This document shows positions 12,241-23,720 of a stretch of 64,000 nt of DNA, one piece after another; the first letter of the stretch is position 1; each line of letters begins with the position of its first letter. The position numbers and the translations under genes were made by a program. The DNA is taken from the NCBI GenBank assembly GCA_002633005.1, contig NMRA01000141.1, positions 62,001 to 126,000 of the forward strand, in the 5' to 3' direction. The notes under the pieces are model-generated. The model saw only the letters and a list, made by a program, of their open reading frames with translations, was not told where the DNA came from and did not search any database. Source of the DNA: Phoronis australis. Taxonomy: Eukaryota > Animalia > Phoronida.

Positions 12241-13239
12241 CGAACAAGTTGGGAGCAACGGGATGTCGCTGTCATGGAAACTGAATGGAATATTTATTGG
12301 ATATGTTAATTCGCTGAGTGATGGCCAGAAGGTCGAAAATGATATTTAGACGACGAATAATCAGGGATTTAAAATCATTCAAAGCGTGTTTTGTGCCGAT
12401 TTTATCAGAATCCACTAGGGTTCCATAACGTATTGGCAAGACGAGGGCTGAGCCACGTTCCAGCCGCCAGCACGCAGACACCCTCGTGCAAGCCGATATA
12501 GACCTAATTCATGCGGCGGACATTAAAATCCAAAGCGAGGCTCACTGCGATATACAAAGCCGAAGTTGACATTGCGTGAGTTAAATTGCCGGTCTTTCGA
12601 GTCCAACCTGGATATTATATCCTAAAAAATGTATCAATAATTAACCACAGAGACGTAGAAAAATACATTAGAGAACAAGTGAACGCACCAAAGAGTTGTC
12701 TGATGAAAGGTTAGAAGTTTTTTTTCGGAAAACTAGGTTCGAAACATGAAAAGTAAATATGACCAAACTGCGGCGATCGTAGTGTTACGGATTAGGTTAT
12801 GCTGAATGCAGGGTTACGTTTCTTCTTGAAAAGTCTTGACAAAAATGCTTTCTTTACGAACCTGGTTGTCTGCTCGTATTGTTGATGAGTTGAAGATATA
12901 TTCGGCATTTTGTTGTTTTTCAAATTGTCACCTCTGTGGTTGCAGGTGATTTAAATCGCCGGAGAGAAATTTTCGATCACTAGGGGAATTTTAGGCCTCG
13001 TGGGGGAATTTCGCGTGATTTTTCAATATTTTGAGAGGAGAATAGGGCCGATATTCGGCCCCAAAATTGAGGGATTGAGGGCCCTGTCCTTTTTGGAAAG
13101 AAAAATGCATCACGTTTCAACCCGTAGTCATGAAAACAGCCTGGCTGGCCGAAGATTCTCCGGTCGTTGCTATGATGCTGGGCAACCAAGATGCGACAAA
13201 ATATGATCTAACTTTTCAAAAACATTTATAAATTTTACA

Positions 13240-13385
13240 CGGACATATTTTCCTTCGTTGCGGCGTATGACAAGGACCCAACGCTTCCGAATCTCAACGT
13301 CCTTAGAGATTGTAAAGCAGACAGTTGAGTGTCCGTACTGTTTTCTAGCCGTTCGAGCAACGCCGAGTACAATTATGCGGATAAG
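13240..13385 (-). pseudogene. Degenerate THAP-domain fragment (DNA transposon remnant)
   Basis: NCTRRCSN, a frameshift, then FTISKDVEIRKRWVLVIRRNEGKYVRV, resembling THAP C-x-C...FP-KD...W...IRR. Confidence 0.45.
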
Positions 13386-13944
13386 CCAAGCCGTTTTGGA
13401 ACCCGCCTCCTGTTGACGTGAATTAGGTCTATAGAAGTTCCTGAAACATCTGGTATTGTGACAGAAATATGAAAATGAAATACAAGCAAGACATTTGCAA
13501 CCAAGCAAAGAACTTTGGTTCTTGATCTGACAAGAACTTCCTAAATTCCATTCACTGATCTTACGGGCGAGCGAAAAAATAGGTGATTCCTGAGGAACAG
13601 CGCCACCGCCTTATCTTGGTTTTACTCGTTACATATGAATATTTGTCGAATATGTTCACTATGCCAAACTAGTGCCTGTCTCCGCTTATTGCCTTGGTAT
13701 TGACTTGTTTTTAAGTATTCCAAGGAATTAAATGACATCAGCCATACAAACACTGATTGACCAGCCGGGCAATTATAGCAAACCCAATATACCGTTCCTA
13801 CTCTGTCTGTAGGACACTGGCTAACTAGAATTATGTTCGAACAACACCTGACTAGTTGTAGGTGTAAAATGGTTTTGGAATACAAATACATTCTTCTTGT
13901 GTCGCGTTTGTGTAACATATGTACTCACTGCACGTATTTTGCAG

Positions 13945-14093
13945 ACGGCATCGTTGACGCCAGCATGTACCTAAATGAGACCATCAACGGCATGAAAGGG
14001 GCCTTTGTTCCCATAGCCCAGCCTGTCATATACGGATCGCGTATTTACTCACTTATGAGGTTTAAGTCAGAGGATGGCTTCCTAGTAGCTGAT
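13945..14093 (+). CDS. Gene B exon 4 (last shared exon)
   Basis: Acceptor attttgcag and donor gtaagt at 14094, phase 1 in and phase 0 out. Reads DGIVDASMYLNETINGMKGAFVPIAQPVIYGSRIYSLMRFKSEDGFLVAD. Confidence 0.85.
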
Positions 14094-14383
14094 GTAAGTA
14101 CAGACTGCTAAACAATCATGAGAAATTAACGCAAGCGGCAGTTCACTGACGTGTGTTGGTGTACCTCCAGTATCGGGTCGGACTATTGGGACTGCTGCCA
14201 AATTTACTGACTTAGTTTAAAACGATTTCATTTCGCATGTACGTTGCAGGGCCTCGTAAGCTCTGTTTCACGTAATCTGGATATTTATCTAAGGTTTCTA
14301 TTTGCGTAATGTAGTGGTAATTAAATTGGTAACAAGTGAATTGAGATTTGAAGCTTACACCACCTGAATATATTTCACCTTAG

Positions 14384-15310
14384 GAGACACGCCTCTATGC
14401 AGTTGACATCACCGAAATTATGAATGAACGATTGAAGGTTGCTTGGTACCTTCATGTCACAAAAACTCTCCAGTACGTCCATACTTCGGAATCGAGTCCA
14501 GATTCATCAAAACTTTTCAACGGAGCATCCTATTTTCATCATACTTACAAACTGTTGGCGAAGGATAAGAAGGTTTACATGCTTTATCCGGGCTTTGCTC
14601 AATGTGTTGATCCCATTAACTGCTATGAGACATCCTCGAACTCCTTGTGGATCGTCAATGACGGGGGACAGAATGGTAGAGTTCTGGCGAAAGTAGACAT
14701 CAAAAACGGCAAAGATTTTGCTGTGGGTGACAACATGCATTTGTTCCATCAGACAGAGGGTCAAAATATCGGAAATATGGGGCGATTTTCACACTCGAAG
14801 ACCAATGATCACCAACTAAAGCGTCCGTTCCAGGAAGGAGATGACCATGAAGACATGCTAGTGTGGGTTCATGTCCAAAAATCGGATATCATTGGCATCG
14901 ACGAAAACGGCATGGAGCAAGCAAAGATATCACTCTCTTTCCTTCTGTTCATGAGTGGTGTTTCTATAACGTCTAAAATAATGCTCGTAGCTTCAACCAC
15001 CTCAAACGATCAAATGTTATTGTTTGCCATCTCTGTGGACGGCGTCAAGACCGATGAGTTTCTATCTTTATGCAATGGCTTCAAAGCGATCGACTGTTCG
15101 CAAACTAACTTCATCGTTGGTATGGATCCTGCGACGTCATCATTTAAATGGATGGTTTCCACTCCCAATGATGTTGAAGTGTTTGGACAGATGGCTGGTG
15201 TTTCGGCTTCCCTCAGAAAAGGTGGCAAACAAGATGTAATAGTAGCCTACGGGAGAAATAGTGAGCACGGGACATTGACAATGTTTGCAATTGGAGAACT
15301 GCTTGGATAA
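14384..15310 (+). CDS. Gene B terminal exon 5a (isoform about 540 aa)
   Basis: Acceptor tttcaccttag, phase 0, 308 open codons. ETRLYAVDITEIMNERLKVAWY...FIVGMDPATSSFKWMVSTP...MFAIGELLG-stop. Confidence 0.88.
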   Translation, partial: ETRLYAVDITEIMNERLKVAWYLHVTKTLQYVHTSESSPDSSKLFNGASYFHHTYKLLAKDKKVYMLYPGFAQCVDPINCYETSSNSLWIVNDGGQNGRVLAKVDIKNGKDFAVGDNMHLFHQTEGQNIGNMGRFSHSKTNDHQLKRPFQEGDDHEDMLVWVHVQKSDIIGIDENGMEQAKISLSFLLFMSGVSITSKIMLVASTTSNDQMLLFAISVDGVKTDEFLSLCNGFKAIDCSQTNFIVGMDPATSSFKWMVSTPNDVEVFGQMAGVSASLRKGGKQDVIVAYGRNSEHGTLTMFAIGELLG

Positions 15311-15409
15311 CAGTCACGCGAAACATATAATGTATCGTGTCAATATGAGGAGTGTCCCCAAAATGGTCACAAAACATTGTAAACCCAGAGTAAACATATT
15401 TCATGCTTT

Positions 15410-16322
15410 GCATTCGTAGATAAATTAAACTACCAGAAAGTTTCGGCTTCTCAGTAATCACGACTGAAGCTTTTATCAATTTGATGTCTTGCCACTAGGT
15501 GTCGCTGGTTGTATAAGTGGGTTGTACAGTGACGCGGCTGAGTCTGTAACCACCATTGTCTCTGCTCACAAGATTACACTGTTGTGAAATCCATACCGCC
15601 TTAGTTCCTGATTCTTCTTGCATAATCATTAGATTCTCTGTCCATTAAGGTGGTATCCAACCAATCATGATTTTGATTAACAGCATGATCTGTGATTGCA
15701 GATTTGTGGAATTAGTTTAAATATTCGTTTTTGTTGCTCTTTGTAAATGACATTTTTCCGCACAGGTTGCTTCCAAGTCTGTAGCTAAAATTTCATGCCA
15801 TCTCCTCCACGCAGGAGCAGTCGGAGGAGCCATGGAATGGCGGTACCCGGCCAATCCATTGGTGTCTTTTACCAACCCTTATCCTTAGGGTGGACCAGTT
15901 GTCGTCTAATTGTTGACACAGGTATTATGGCAGTCCTTATGTTAACTTTTCTAGCAGTTTTCCCGAGGTCCTTGACATACGGGATGACTACCATTTCTCT
16001 GTAATGATCTTTACTAGTAGAATTACAGAAATGTTCCGCTGGACTTTTTCCATTTCATTTCCGTTATCCACATTTGGATAATACATCAACAATGTGCGAT
16101 TCTTATTGCAATTGACCTACTGCTACAAGAATCCGGTCCGGATTTCACAACAGTGTATTCCTGTGAACGGAGACGATGGTGCTTACAGACTCAGTCGCAT
16201 GTGCAATCCTGTATTGCCCCCAGCGACACCTAGCGGTAAGATATATCAAACTGATGAAGGCTCCAGCGATGATAACTGAGGAGCCAAAAAACTTCTGGTA
16301 TTTTTTAATTCATTTGTGGATA
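15410..16322. mobile_element. Penelope-like retroelement remnant with inverted pseudo-LTRs
   Basis: 15410-15592 and 16140-16322 are inverted copies. Minus strand 16000-15880 reads VVIPYVKDLGKTARKVNIRTAIIPVSTIRRQLVHPKDK (PLE RT-to-GIY-YIG linker). The right arm reads VNGDDGAYRLSRMCNPVL, similar to the NRDxG-Y-LS end of PLE ORFs. Confidence 0.75.
16251..16300 (+). ncRNA. Degenerate minimal hammerhead ribozyme motif in the PLE pLTR (second copy on the minus strand at 15431-15479)
   Basis: CUGAUGA-A-GGCUCC...GGAGCC-AAAAAC-UUCUG-GUA, where GAAA has become AAAA. The minus-strand copy reads UUGAUAA-A-AGCUUC...GAAGCC-GAAAC-UUUCUG-GUA. Confidence 0.55.
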
Positions 16323-16599
16323 CCCTGATGACCCTACTTGGATACATTCTAAGCCCGGATTTCGGGAATATCATTTTATTATTCCTTTCTTTTCCAGGAA
16401 TGGAAAAGTTTTACTGTGCATAGATTTTAAACAAGTACCACAGTAGTCTCTTACTGAAAAGAACACAAATTTTGGCAAATAACGCAGCCAGTTCCATTGC
16501 AGATATCGAGAATTTTCAACAATGCAGGCCGGGGGCACCAAGACACAAAACAATTAAAAAGCCGTTTTTAATTTGTCTTCAGCAGTAGAAATGGTGTTC

Positions 16600-17075
16600 G
16601 CATTACGGCGTTTACCCCTGTGGCCAATATCTTACACGACTGATTAATTCCATTCTGGCATTTATGGTTGAAGGGACAGCTCTCTTTTGTTCGATAATTG
16701 CTCTAATCTTCAATAAGATCGTATCTAGCCTAACTGGGCTGTGCTGTTAAAAATAAAAGTTATAAGTTATAACATATTTGGACATAAACCAATAGCATTT
16801 CTGAAATCCTCATCAAATGGTGATCATTTTTAGTTTTTGAATCGCCAAAATCCCCCAACTGCAACCTAAGTTACGATAATCTATTCTTTCCGAATGTGCC
16901 AATTCACTCTGGGTTTGACGGTGTTCACAAGTGGTCTGTAATAAGCCTGGTAGGTCTGGCCTGATTGCTGTCATAACAGACAGACGACGGTGCTTGGCAG
17001 TTAACAAAGAAGCTAGATGTTATCACACGCTCAGAACCCCTTCGTCTGGTAAAGTCACTGAACGGGAAAACGCTG
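16600..17075 (-). repeat. Interspersed repeat, inverted homolog of 11740-12240
   Basis: Blocks of reverse-complement identity, as described for 11740-12240. Confidence 0.7.
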
Positions 17076-17579
17076 TCATGGATTTAAACAAAGAAGGTTG
17101 CAGCTGAATGAGAAACACTCGTTTTCTGAAGACTGAAGAACATGTAGGATCAGTTGTGCAGAGTCTGAAAATTTATTTCGTTTCTCAGCAACTGGAATCA
17201 TCTGTGACATTTCCCTATTTTTGTGCCTTGTCAAAAACTTTGAAACATTAAAATCATTTTCTAGTATTCATATTTCACAGTATCTTTGTTAAGGTTTTGG
17301 GCACCCTATACCCACGAAAATGTCAGCGAAGCATCACCCTTAAAGCAGGTGAACGTCCACTAGAATCCCTCGTGTAACGGTCATTTGCTTATCTAATATC
17401 ACTGATCGACCAGATCTTAATGTGGTGTTATGTCATTAATTAAAAGTCCATATCTGTGTACCACTTTAAACTGTTTATGAATAATAAAGATATGAAGACT
17501 GTGAAACTCTGAGTTTTCATACTATGACACATGACTTCTTATCTAAACAAAAGCACAATAGCTTAACTTCTGATTTCAG

Positions 17580-18593
17580 ATCGCTCGTCTTTATGCCGTA
17601 GACATCACCGGTTTGATGGCGCCTCGTCTTAAAGTAGCGTGGTACGTTAACATCACAAAACCTAGCGAGAGTGAGAAGATTTTATACTTGCGAAAAAGAG
17701 CGAGTACCGAGAAGACGAGGATTCCTATGGAAAGCAACAGACAGTACCAGTTGAAACTGGGTGGTACAAATTCCAATTATACACTGCTTGCCACTGATGG
17801 AATGGTGTATGCGCTGTACCCTCTGACATCTGCGAGTGGAATGAATGGACTCTGGGTCATCAAAGATGGCGGAAAATCTGGCCAAATTTCTAAATTCCTC
17901 GACATCGACGATGGTCATCTCTTTGCTTTCGATGATAATATGGATTATCACCGCGATGCATACATGTATGATGAAGATATTCAAATTGAAAACCTCGTGA
18001 ACAAGATGGCTAAAACCAAATTCAAAATAACTAAAAATCGCGTGAGCTCACATTTATCAAAACACGATGGAAACCTTAAATTTTTCGCGCCTCGTGAAAA
18101 ATTTGAGCCGAAAATCCAATCGAAGTTCAAAACTCGGCGTGTTTGGGTACAATATTATGATTTTGACATTTTTAGCTTGGATGGCAATTTAAATCCTGAC
18201 AGAACCATTTGCATGACGGACGTTCTGCATTGCTCAGATGTGAAGATCACTTCGAAAATGGCTCTAATGACCCCAACTAACTATGACAACCAAACGTTGG
18301 TGTTAGGATTATACATTGGTTCGGCTAAAACCGACGAATTCATTGCATTGTGTTACGACTTTCATGTCGAAAACTGTATGCAGGATTACTTTGTGGTAGC
18401 CGTCGACACGGAGACATCAGAAATTAAGTGGTTAATATCAACTCCTGACAACGTGCAAGTAACTGGACAAATAATAGGAGTTCCTACGTCACTACGAGTG
18501 GGCTTCAAACAGGATTTGCTCATTATGTCCGCTATAGATATTGAAACAGGAGAACGAATGATATTCTCAATTGGAGAAAGAACGACGCTCTAA
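17580..18593 (+). CDS. Gene B alternative terminal exon 5b (isoform about 569 aa), paralog of exon 5a
   Basis: Acceptor tgatttcag, phase 0, 337 open codons. IARLYAVDITGLMAPRLKVAWY...FVVAVDTETSEIKWLISTP...IFSIGERTTL-stop aligns end to end with 5a. AATAAA at 19071. Confidence 0.85.
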   Translation: MARLYAVDITGLMAPRLKVAWYVNITKPSESEKILYLRKRASTEKTRIPMESNRQYQLKLGGTNSNYTLLATDGMVYALYPLTSASGMNGLWVIKDGGKSGQISKFLDIDDGHLFAFDDNMDYHRDAYMYDEDIQIENLVNKMAKTKFKITKNRVSSHLSKHDGNLKFFAPREKFEPKIQSKFKTRRVWVQYYDFDIFSLDGNLNPDRTICMTDVLHCSDVKITSKMALMTPTNYDNQTLVLGLYIGSAKTDEFIALCYDFHVENCMQDYFVVAVDTETSEIKWLISTPDNVQVTGQIIGVPTSLRVGFKQDLLIMSAIDIETGERMIFSIGERTTL

Positions 18594-20580
18594 CCAGCTC
18601 GTGAAGGATTACAATGCAAATAGAGATAATCGGTTCAATCAGGGCCCGGATGTTGGAAACGTAGCACATGATGTATCCACAAATGAAAGCAGACGATTTC
18701 GCCAGTTGTCAAATTTTGTTACCCATGTTCTATTGATTCTCGTGGTTCTGAACGGATGATATGAAGACAATCACGGAAAATACAATTTAAGTCAGCTTGA
18801 GACACACAGTATATTCACCAGTTATCCACTATGAGTATTCACGACCAATCACAATCATTCTCAAGGTTATGCATAAACATCATTATATCACGACCAATTA
18901 CAATGATCCATACTTCTAAATTTTTGTGACGAGTAAAGATGCTAGCTGCCTGTCACAATTTTTACAAAAACGGCGACCTCCAGCTTTCCAAATTCTTACA
19001 CGATCGTTTAAAGCTGTGCGTGCTTGTGCGATTTTCGAATTTGGAATTTTGGGTTTACTTTGTCAACCCCAATAAATTCTGATACATTTTTCTTAATTTG
19101 TCGACGGTTTCGGTATTCTTGTTCATAATGGAAATGGATTTCCGTCACGGTAAGAGACGCATTGTGAGATTGACTTCATGAGGGTAAAACAATTTTCGTT
19201 TTTAGAGAAAAATGGGTTTTAACAAAGCAAGTCACGTAGTTTTGATGCTATTTTACTCTTTGTGTGGCTTTCATAATGTGGGTGATGTTTGGCCATCCTG
19301 CAAGCAATCGTAGCCCCTTTGTAATTTTAGTTGCGCGTACCCGAAATATTGCGTTGTCACGTGTAGTCTTGGCGGAAAATATCACATGTCTGAGATGAAA
19401 TTATGCATTTTTTGGTTATCTAAGTTTGTTTCATGGTCTCAGTTCACTATTAGTACACGACAATCGTACGGCATACACGTGTGATTGGAAACAATTTGAA
19501 GGCTCTGTGTCTGTTAAACTAAAATACATACCTTTATACTGTCATAACCTTAAGGTAACAGCGTTTAAATTTGGAAAAATGGGGGATGGAAATATTTGAT
19601 AACTAAGACAATTTCAGATATGAACAAACACGTTGACCCTCCATTATGTACAGGATGTCTTTACTGTCTGTGTTCTGCATTTCTAACATCTAATTTCTTT
19701 GAGAATGTACACATAGTGCAACTGAAACAAGAAATTTGGGGTCAAAATACTAACAGGGGCCTGGGCGTTCCGTAATGCAAGATATTCGGGAGTAAAAACT
19801 ATAATCTGACTACGTAATTCGCTTGAGATCCATGTTGATATTTCGCGAATACTCAATTAGTGATCACTCCAAAAGTCTTCTCTTATGAAACTCACCGTGC
19901 CAGTTTCATGTGCTAAAGCTAAGCCCACATATGAGCTGGCCCAGTAGTTTGTTCCCTGTGTTCCGAACCCTAAAAGACTAATACAGCGTCCATATGCCGT
20001 CAGCTCAGAAGGCAGATCGGTTCGCAGTCTGAAAACGTAACGTGAACGCTCGTAAGACATCTGGCGTGCGTTCAGTAACGCTATGACATACGCTAGGACC
20101 TACGCTAGGACCTACCTAAAATCTAGCCAGAGTCACATGTTCTCATTTGAAATACATGGCAATATCTCATGTAATCTCGCGAAGTCTTGCTTTTTAGCGA
20201 GGTCCTAGCATTATTGAACGGGAGGCTGATCTGCCTTCCCAACGTCGGCCCCCAAATCAGAAGGCAGGTATGTTCTTACCATTAGAAAAATGCACTACCA
20301 TTACATAACTCTGTGGTCGCTTATCGTGCTCTCATGCGGTTAGTCAGAACATCAGCATTTTGCACATTAGTGTTACGCTAATTACTCGACACAGATAGGA
20401 CTTCGTTGTGAACAGTTGCCGTTTTAAGCGGCTTACCTGTCGCATGATCAGGCGTCCTATCTTTTTTTTGAAAACTCCACAACTGAACGCGGTGTAAATC
20501 CGGCAATGTGCAAGTGGGTGAGTGTGCGCGCATGCATATGTCTGTAAAAATCTTAAAATCCACGACTTGATTCTACAAAA

Positions 20581-20727
20581 CTAAGTCCTGTACAGTCTGT
20601 TTCGCCTGAACTTGTACATGTCGATTATTTTTCCGTTGTCAGTTGGGCATGCGCCGTCGTATATCTTGACGTCATCGATGGCAATGTCGCTCTGGTGTCC
20701 TCGCTCAAGGGTCCCCTCGAAGACAAC
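20581..20727 (-). CDS. Gene C exon 6 (terminal): MAM domain C-terminus
   Basis: Acceptor tttcttctag. Reads VVFEGTLERGHQSDIAIDDVKIYDGACP...LYRT-stop, containing the MAM hallmark FEG...DIAIDDV...G-x-C. Confidence 0.92.
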   Translation of the reverse strand, partial: VVFEGTLERGHQSDIAIDDVKIYDGACPTDNGKIIDMYKFRRNRLYRT

Positions 20728-21018
20728 CTAGAAGAAACAATGCATTAACTAAGTGAATAATTGCTTGTCACTTGAACTAATTTCAAATTTTTGTGATAAT
20801 TTTTATCAAACCAAGGTCGCTGGCGAGGTGGGGGACAGATAACTGTGTTCTGGTTTTCAGCTGACAAAAGCTGTGATCACAGTCCCTTTCGTCGTGTGAG
20901 TCACCTTCACGGACTCGTCTTACAGTCTGTATGATTGTCGCATTCATGGACAAGTTTGTGACCGTGGCCGGGCTAAACTTGTATGCACGATTATGAAAGG
21001 TATGTAACCCTAACCAGT

Positions 21019-21191
21019 GGACTTAAGTCTAAGATTTGTTTCAACTTCCAAACTTTGAAACTTCCACTAACCGAAAGTTATTAAAAATTAAGACAAGACT
21101 TAAGTCAAAAACTTAGATTTCTTTCTTTACGTAAAATTGACTGAAATTTAAGATTTTGTCTTACCCAAGTCAGTTTTCTTTTAGCGGGCCC
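21019..21191 (+). mobile_element. Truncated copy of the PIF/Harbinger-like MITE at 28052
   Basis: Shares gacttaagtctaagatttgt...aacttccaaactttgaaacttcca with that element and ends aagtcagtttt...cgggccc|ctg. Confidence 0.7.
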
Positions 21192-21949
21192 CTGGTAGCT
21201 TTCACAGCTGATTTGGAATACGTTAGAAGAGTGTGATGTTTGCCGTTTTTGAAGTTGCACATAAATTTAGAATTCTATGCAACTGTAAAAGTTCTCAAGG
21301 ATTACTTATTTTTTACTTTTGACGTGTAGCTTTTCAGAAGATCCACAGTATTCGTACAACAAAAATTCATTGCATTCCCTCGGCCGTTGGAAACTGGCTG
21401 CACGGACCTCCGATCAAACAAGCTTCGATACTACAAACAACGAAGAGCGTTTTCATAAAGAACTCTTCAAGGACATTACAACACCAAAAAAGCGGGAAGG
21501 AGAAATCTCAAATTTTAGTGGTCTACATTGACAAACTCTTCCTTTACAAACTTGTTTGGTCGAGTTTGCCTTTCCCAAGGTTTGTCCAATTCACCTAAAG
21601 ATCAGCAGCAAACTCCGAGTTTGATCACGTTTTCAAAACATAAGTTTGATAGTTTACCAGAGTGAAGACGATAGAGAATAGAACACGTGAGCAACTTCAG
21701 CTTTGTTCTGACAATTGTTGGATTCTTATTTTTGACAAGGACTGTCTTATGACCTGTTGTAGACATTTTAGAACAATTGTTACCTGAAGTCATTTCTGCT
21801 TCTAATTTTGTCAAAATGTTCCAAAATTTCGTCATTCTTGCTCTGTTTTCGGTTGAGTTTTGCTTGACCTACCGGTGGAAAATCTCAAGGAAGCGAGTTG
21901 AATGTGGTAAAGCGCTGCACTGAATTAATCTGAAACCTCATTCGTTCAC

Positions 21950-22060
21950 CTTGTAACCCCTCATTGCTAGTTGCCGCGGCACAGCGAACCTTGCTAGCGT
22001 CCACACGTCTCCCTGATTTCCAATCATTCTCCACAGTGGCGTTGTCTGGACGCCTTGAAC
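21950..22060 (-). CDS. Gene C exon 5 (MAM domain)
   Basis: Acceptor atttgttcag and donor gtgaac, phase 0/0. Reads VQGVQTTPLWRMIGNQGDVWTLARFAVP, with the MAM LW...GNQG..W motif. Confidence 0.9.
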
Positions 22061-22488
22061 CTGAACAAATACACACGGAATTAAACCTCTATGCACATTG
22101 TTGCGCGCACAGTCTTTTCCTTGCTTTGTTCCGTTAAATGGTCTCGCATCCTCTCTTAAAGGGACGATAAATCCTGTTTTGGTCATTTCATCCAAAAACG
22201 GTTTCGTCACCTGCTACATCGATTAATGCCTACACGGAAATAAAAGCACTATCCAGGTAAAACAGTTTATCATTGCGTCACAAAGTGCACCGTGCCAGTG
22301 GTTAGAGAAGTGCAGTCTTTCCACAACCGGACAATAACTGACTCAAAAGGCTGGTCGATGCTTGCAGATATAACCAGTTGCAAAGTTGACATAGCCTTTT
22401 GAGATTGGCGCGGGTTAAAGACCGTCGTTTTGTAATACGAAGATATTTATTAGGGGAAGATGAGGTATATTTGTGAGATTTCTACTAC

Positions 22489-22643
22489 CTGTATACGGAC
22501 GCTCAGAGTTCCGCAGTGGTGACCAAACATGTGATAGTAGAATTCAATACATTGCTCGCTGCTCACGCTTTGATACTTGGGCGACACAAGTCGGGCGTTG
22601 TCGCCGTAACGTCTGGCAGATGCCTCGATGTACATGTAGTGGC
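22489..22643 (-). CDS. Gene C exon 4 (MAM domain)
   Basis: GHYMYIEASARRYGDNARLVSP...CIEFYYHMFG...GTLSV is a canonical MAM core. Phase 1/0. Confidence 0.93.
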
Positions 22644-22794
22644 CTATATTATTAAAAAAGAATAATAATTCAGTCAATATTTTTGGCATTGGAATTTAAG
22701 ATTGAAATTCTCGCATGGTGGGTAACAGCATCATTCTGATATGGAAACTTGCCAAACCGGTCCTCAGATGACTTTATCAGGAATTTTGCAGACA

Positions 22795-22880
22795 TGGCCT
22801 GACAAGGCCTATAGCCAAGAAGGTGACAAAGCCTGCAAAGGCCTACAGCCAAGGTGACAAGGCCTAAACAAAGGATAAGA
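22795..22880. repeat. Short degenerate tandem repeat
   Basis: Recurring gacaaggccta / agccaag / aggtgacaa units. Confidence 0.5.
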
Positions 22881-23589
22881 CAAAAATCCAAAATGCCACC
22901 TGACGCTTCAAACGTAATGCAAACTGTGGACGGACGTAGGTCCATATAGAACTTGGATCAACCTTCATGAATGGGTGACATATTGGCAAAGTTGCCGCAG
23001 CACTGACCAACTAAACGGACTATCAAAACTGTCTGATAAACACGTTTTCCTTGCACAATTGGTCGTCAAACCCGCTATTCCTTGATTTGTAAAGAACGGT
23101 GAGGAACCTTTCGTCAGGCTCCAACATGTATGCTCCCTGCATCGTGGACATTGTGCGAGAACAGTGTTTGTTCAAAGATAGATCATTTGGCAAGGATGGG
23201 AGTCTATGGTGAAACCAACTATGTAATATACTATCGATTATGCGGGTTTCATGTCATTTCAAAAGCTTCCTATTTAATCCCGTTATACACCTTTTTGGTG
23301 ATTAAAGTTAACTTTCTTAAGAAGATCAGTACACACAGGAGGNTGGGTTGCGGCAACCACAATATTCGAACGAAATATTTGCGAAACCCCTAAAAACAGC
23401 GTTCCGACTGCGTTTTATTTTTGGTTGCGTCTAGTTAGAAAGCGGACCCTACGACTGAGAGGCAATATCGTTTTTAATGTAGCCTCGACTTATGCAATAA
23501 CTCCCACTTTAAGTTTGTTTCACTGTAGATGAACCATTTTCACCCTGTAACCCTCGACATTAAAGCTTTGCTTGGCAACCGTAATGATC

Positions 23590-23720
23590 CGTGATACTGA
23601 GGAGGATTGGTTTTCCCGTGGTGTGAGAGAGACGATTCACCAGAGAATTGAACCTCAACAGACACGGAGGACTGATACATAATCTATCAGCTGCTTGGAA
23701 CAGCGTATTACGTCACCAAC
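23590..23720 (+). mobile_element. Penelope-like element 3' ORF fragment (GIY-YIG C-terminus)
   Basis: IRDTEEDWFSRGVRETIH followed by LNLNRHGGLIHNLSAAWNSVL matches the WF-x-RGVKEAI...LNRDGG...L...W end of PLE ORFs. Confidence 0.65.

Noticed and set aside
17613-18593. Independent single-exon gene starting at MMAPRLK (and likewise MNERLK at 14420)
   Set aside because: Homology between the two extends upstream of these Met codons to matching splice acceptors, and neither has a signal peptide. They are spliced exons.
18673-18687. 15-bp match (gtatccacaaatgaa) to the reverse complement of the PLE arm in the exon 5b 3' UTR
   Set aside because: Too short, with no flanking similarity, to distinguish from chance.
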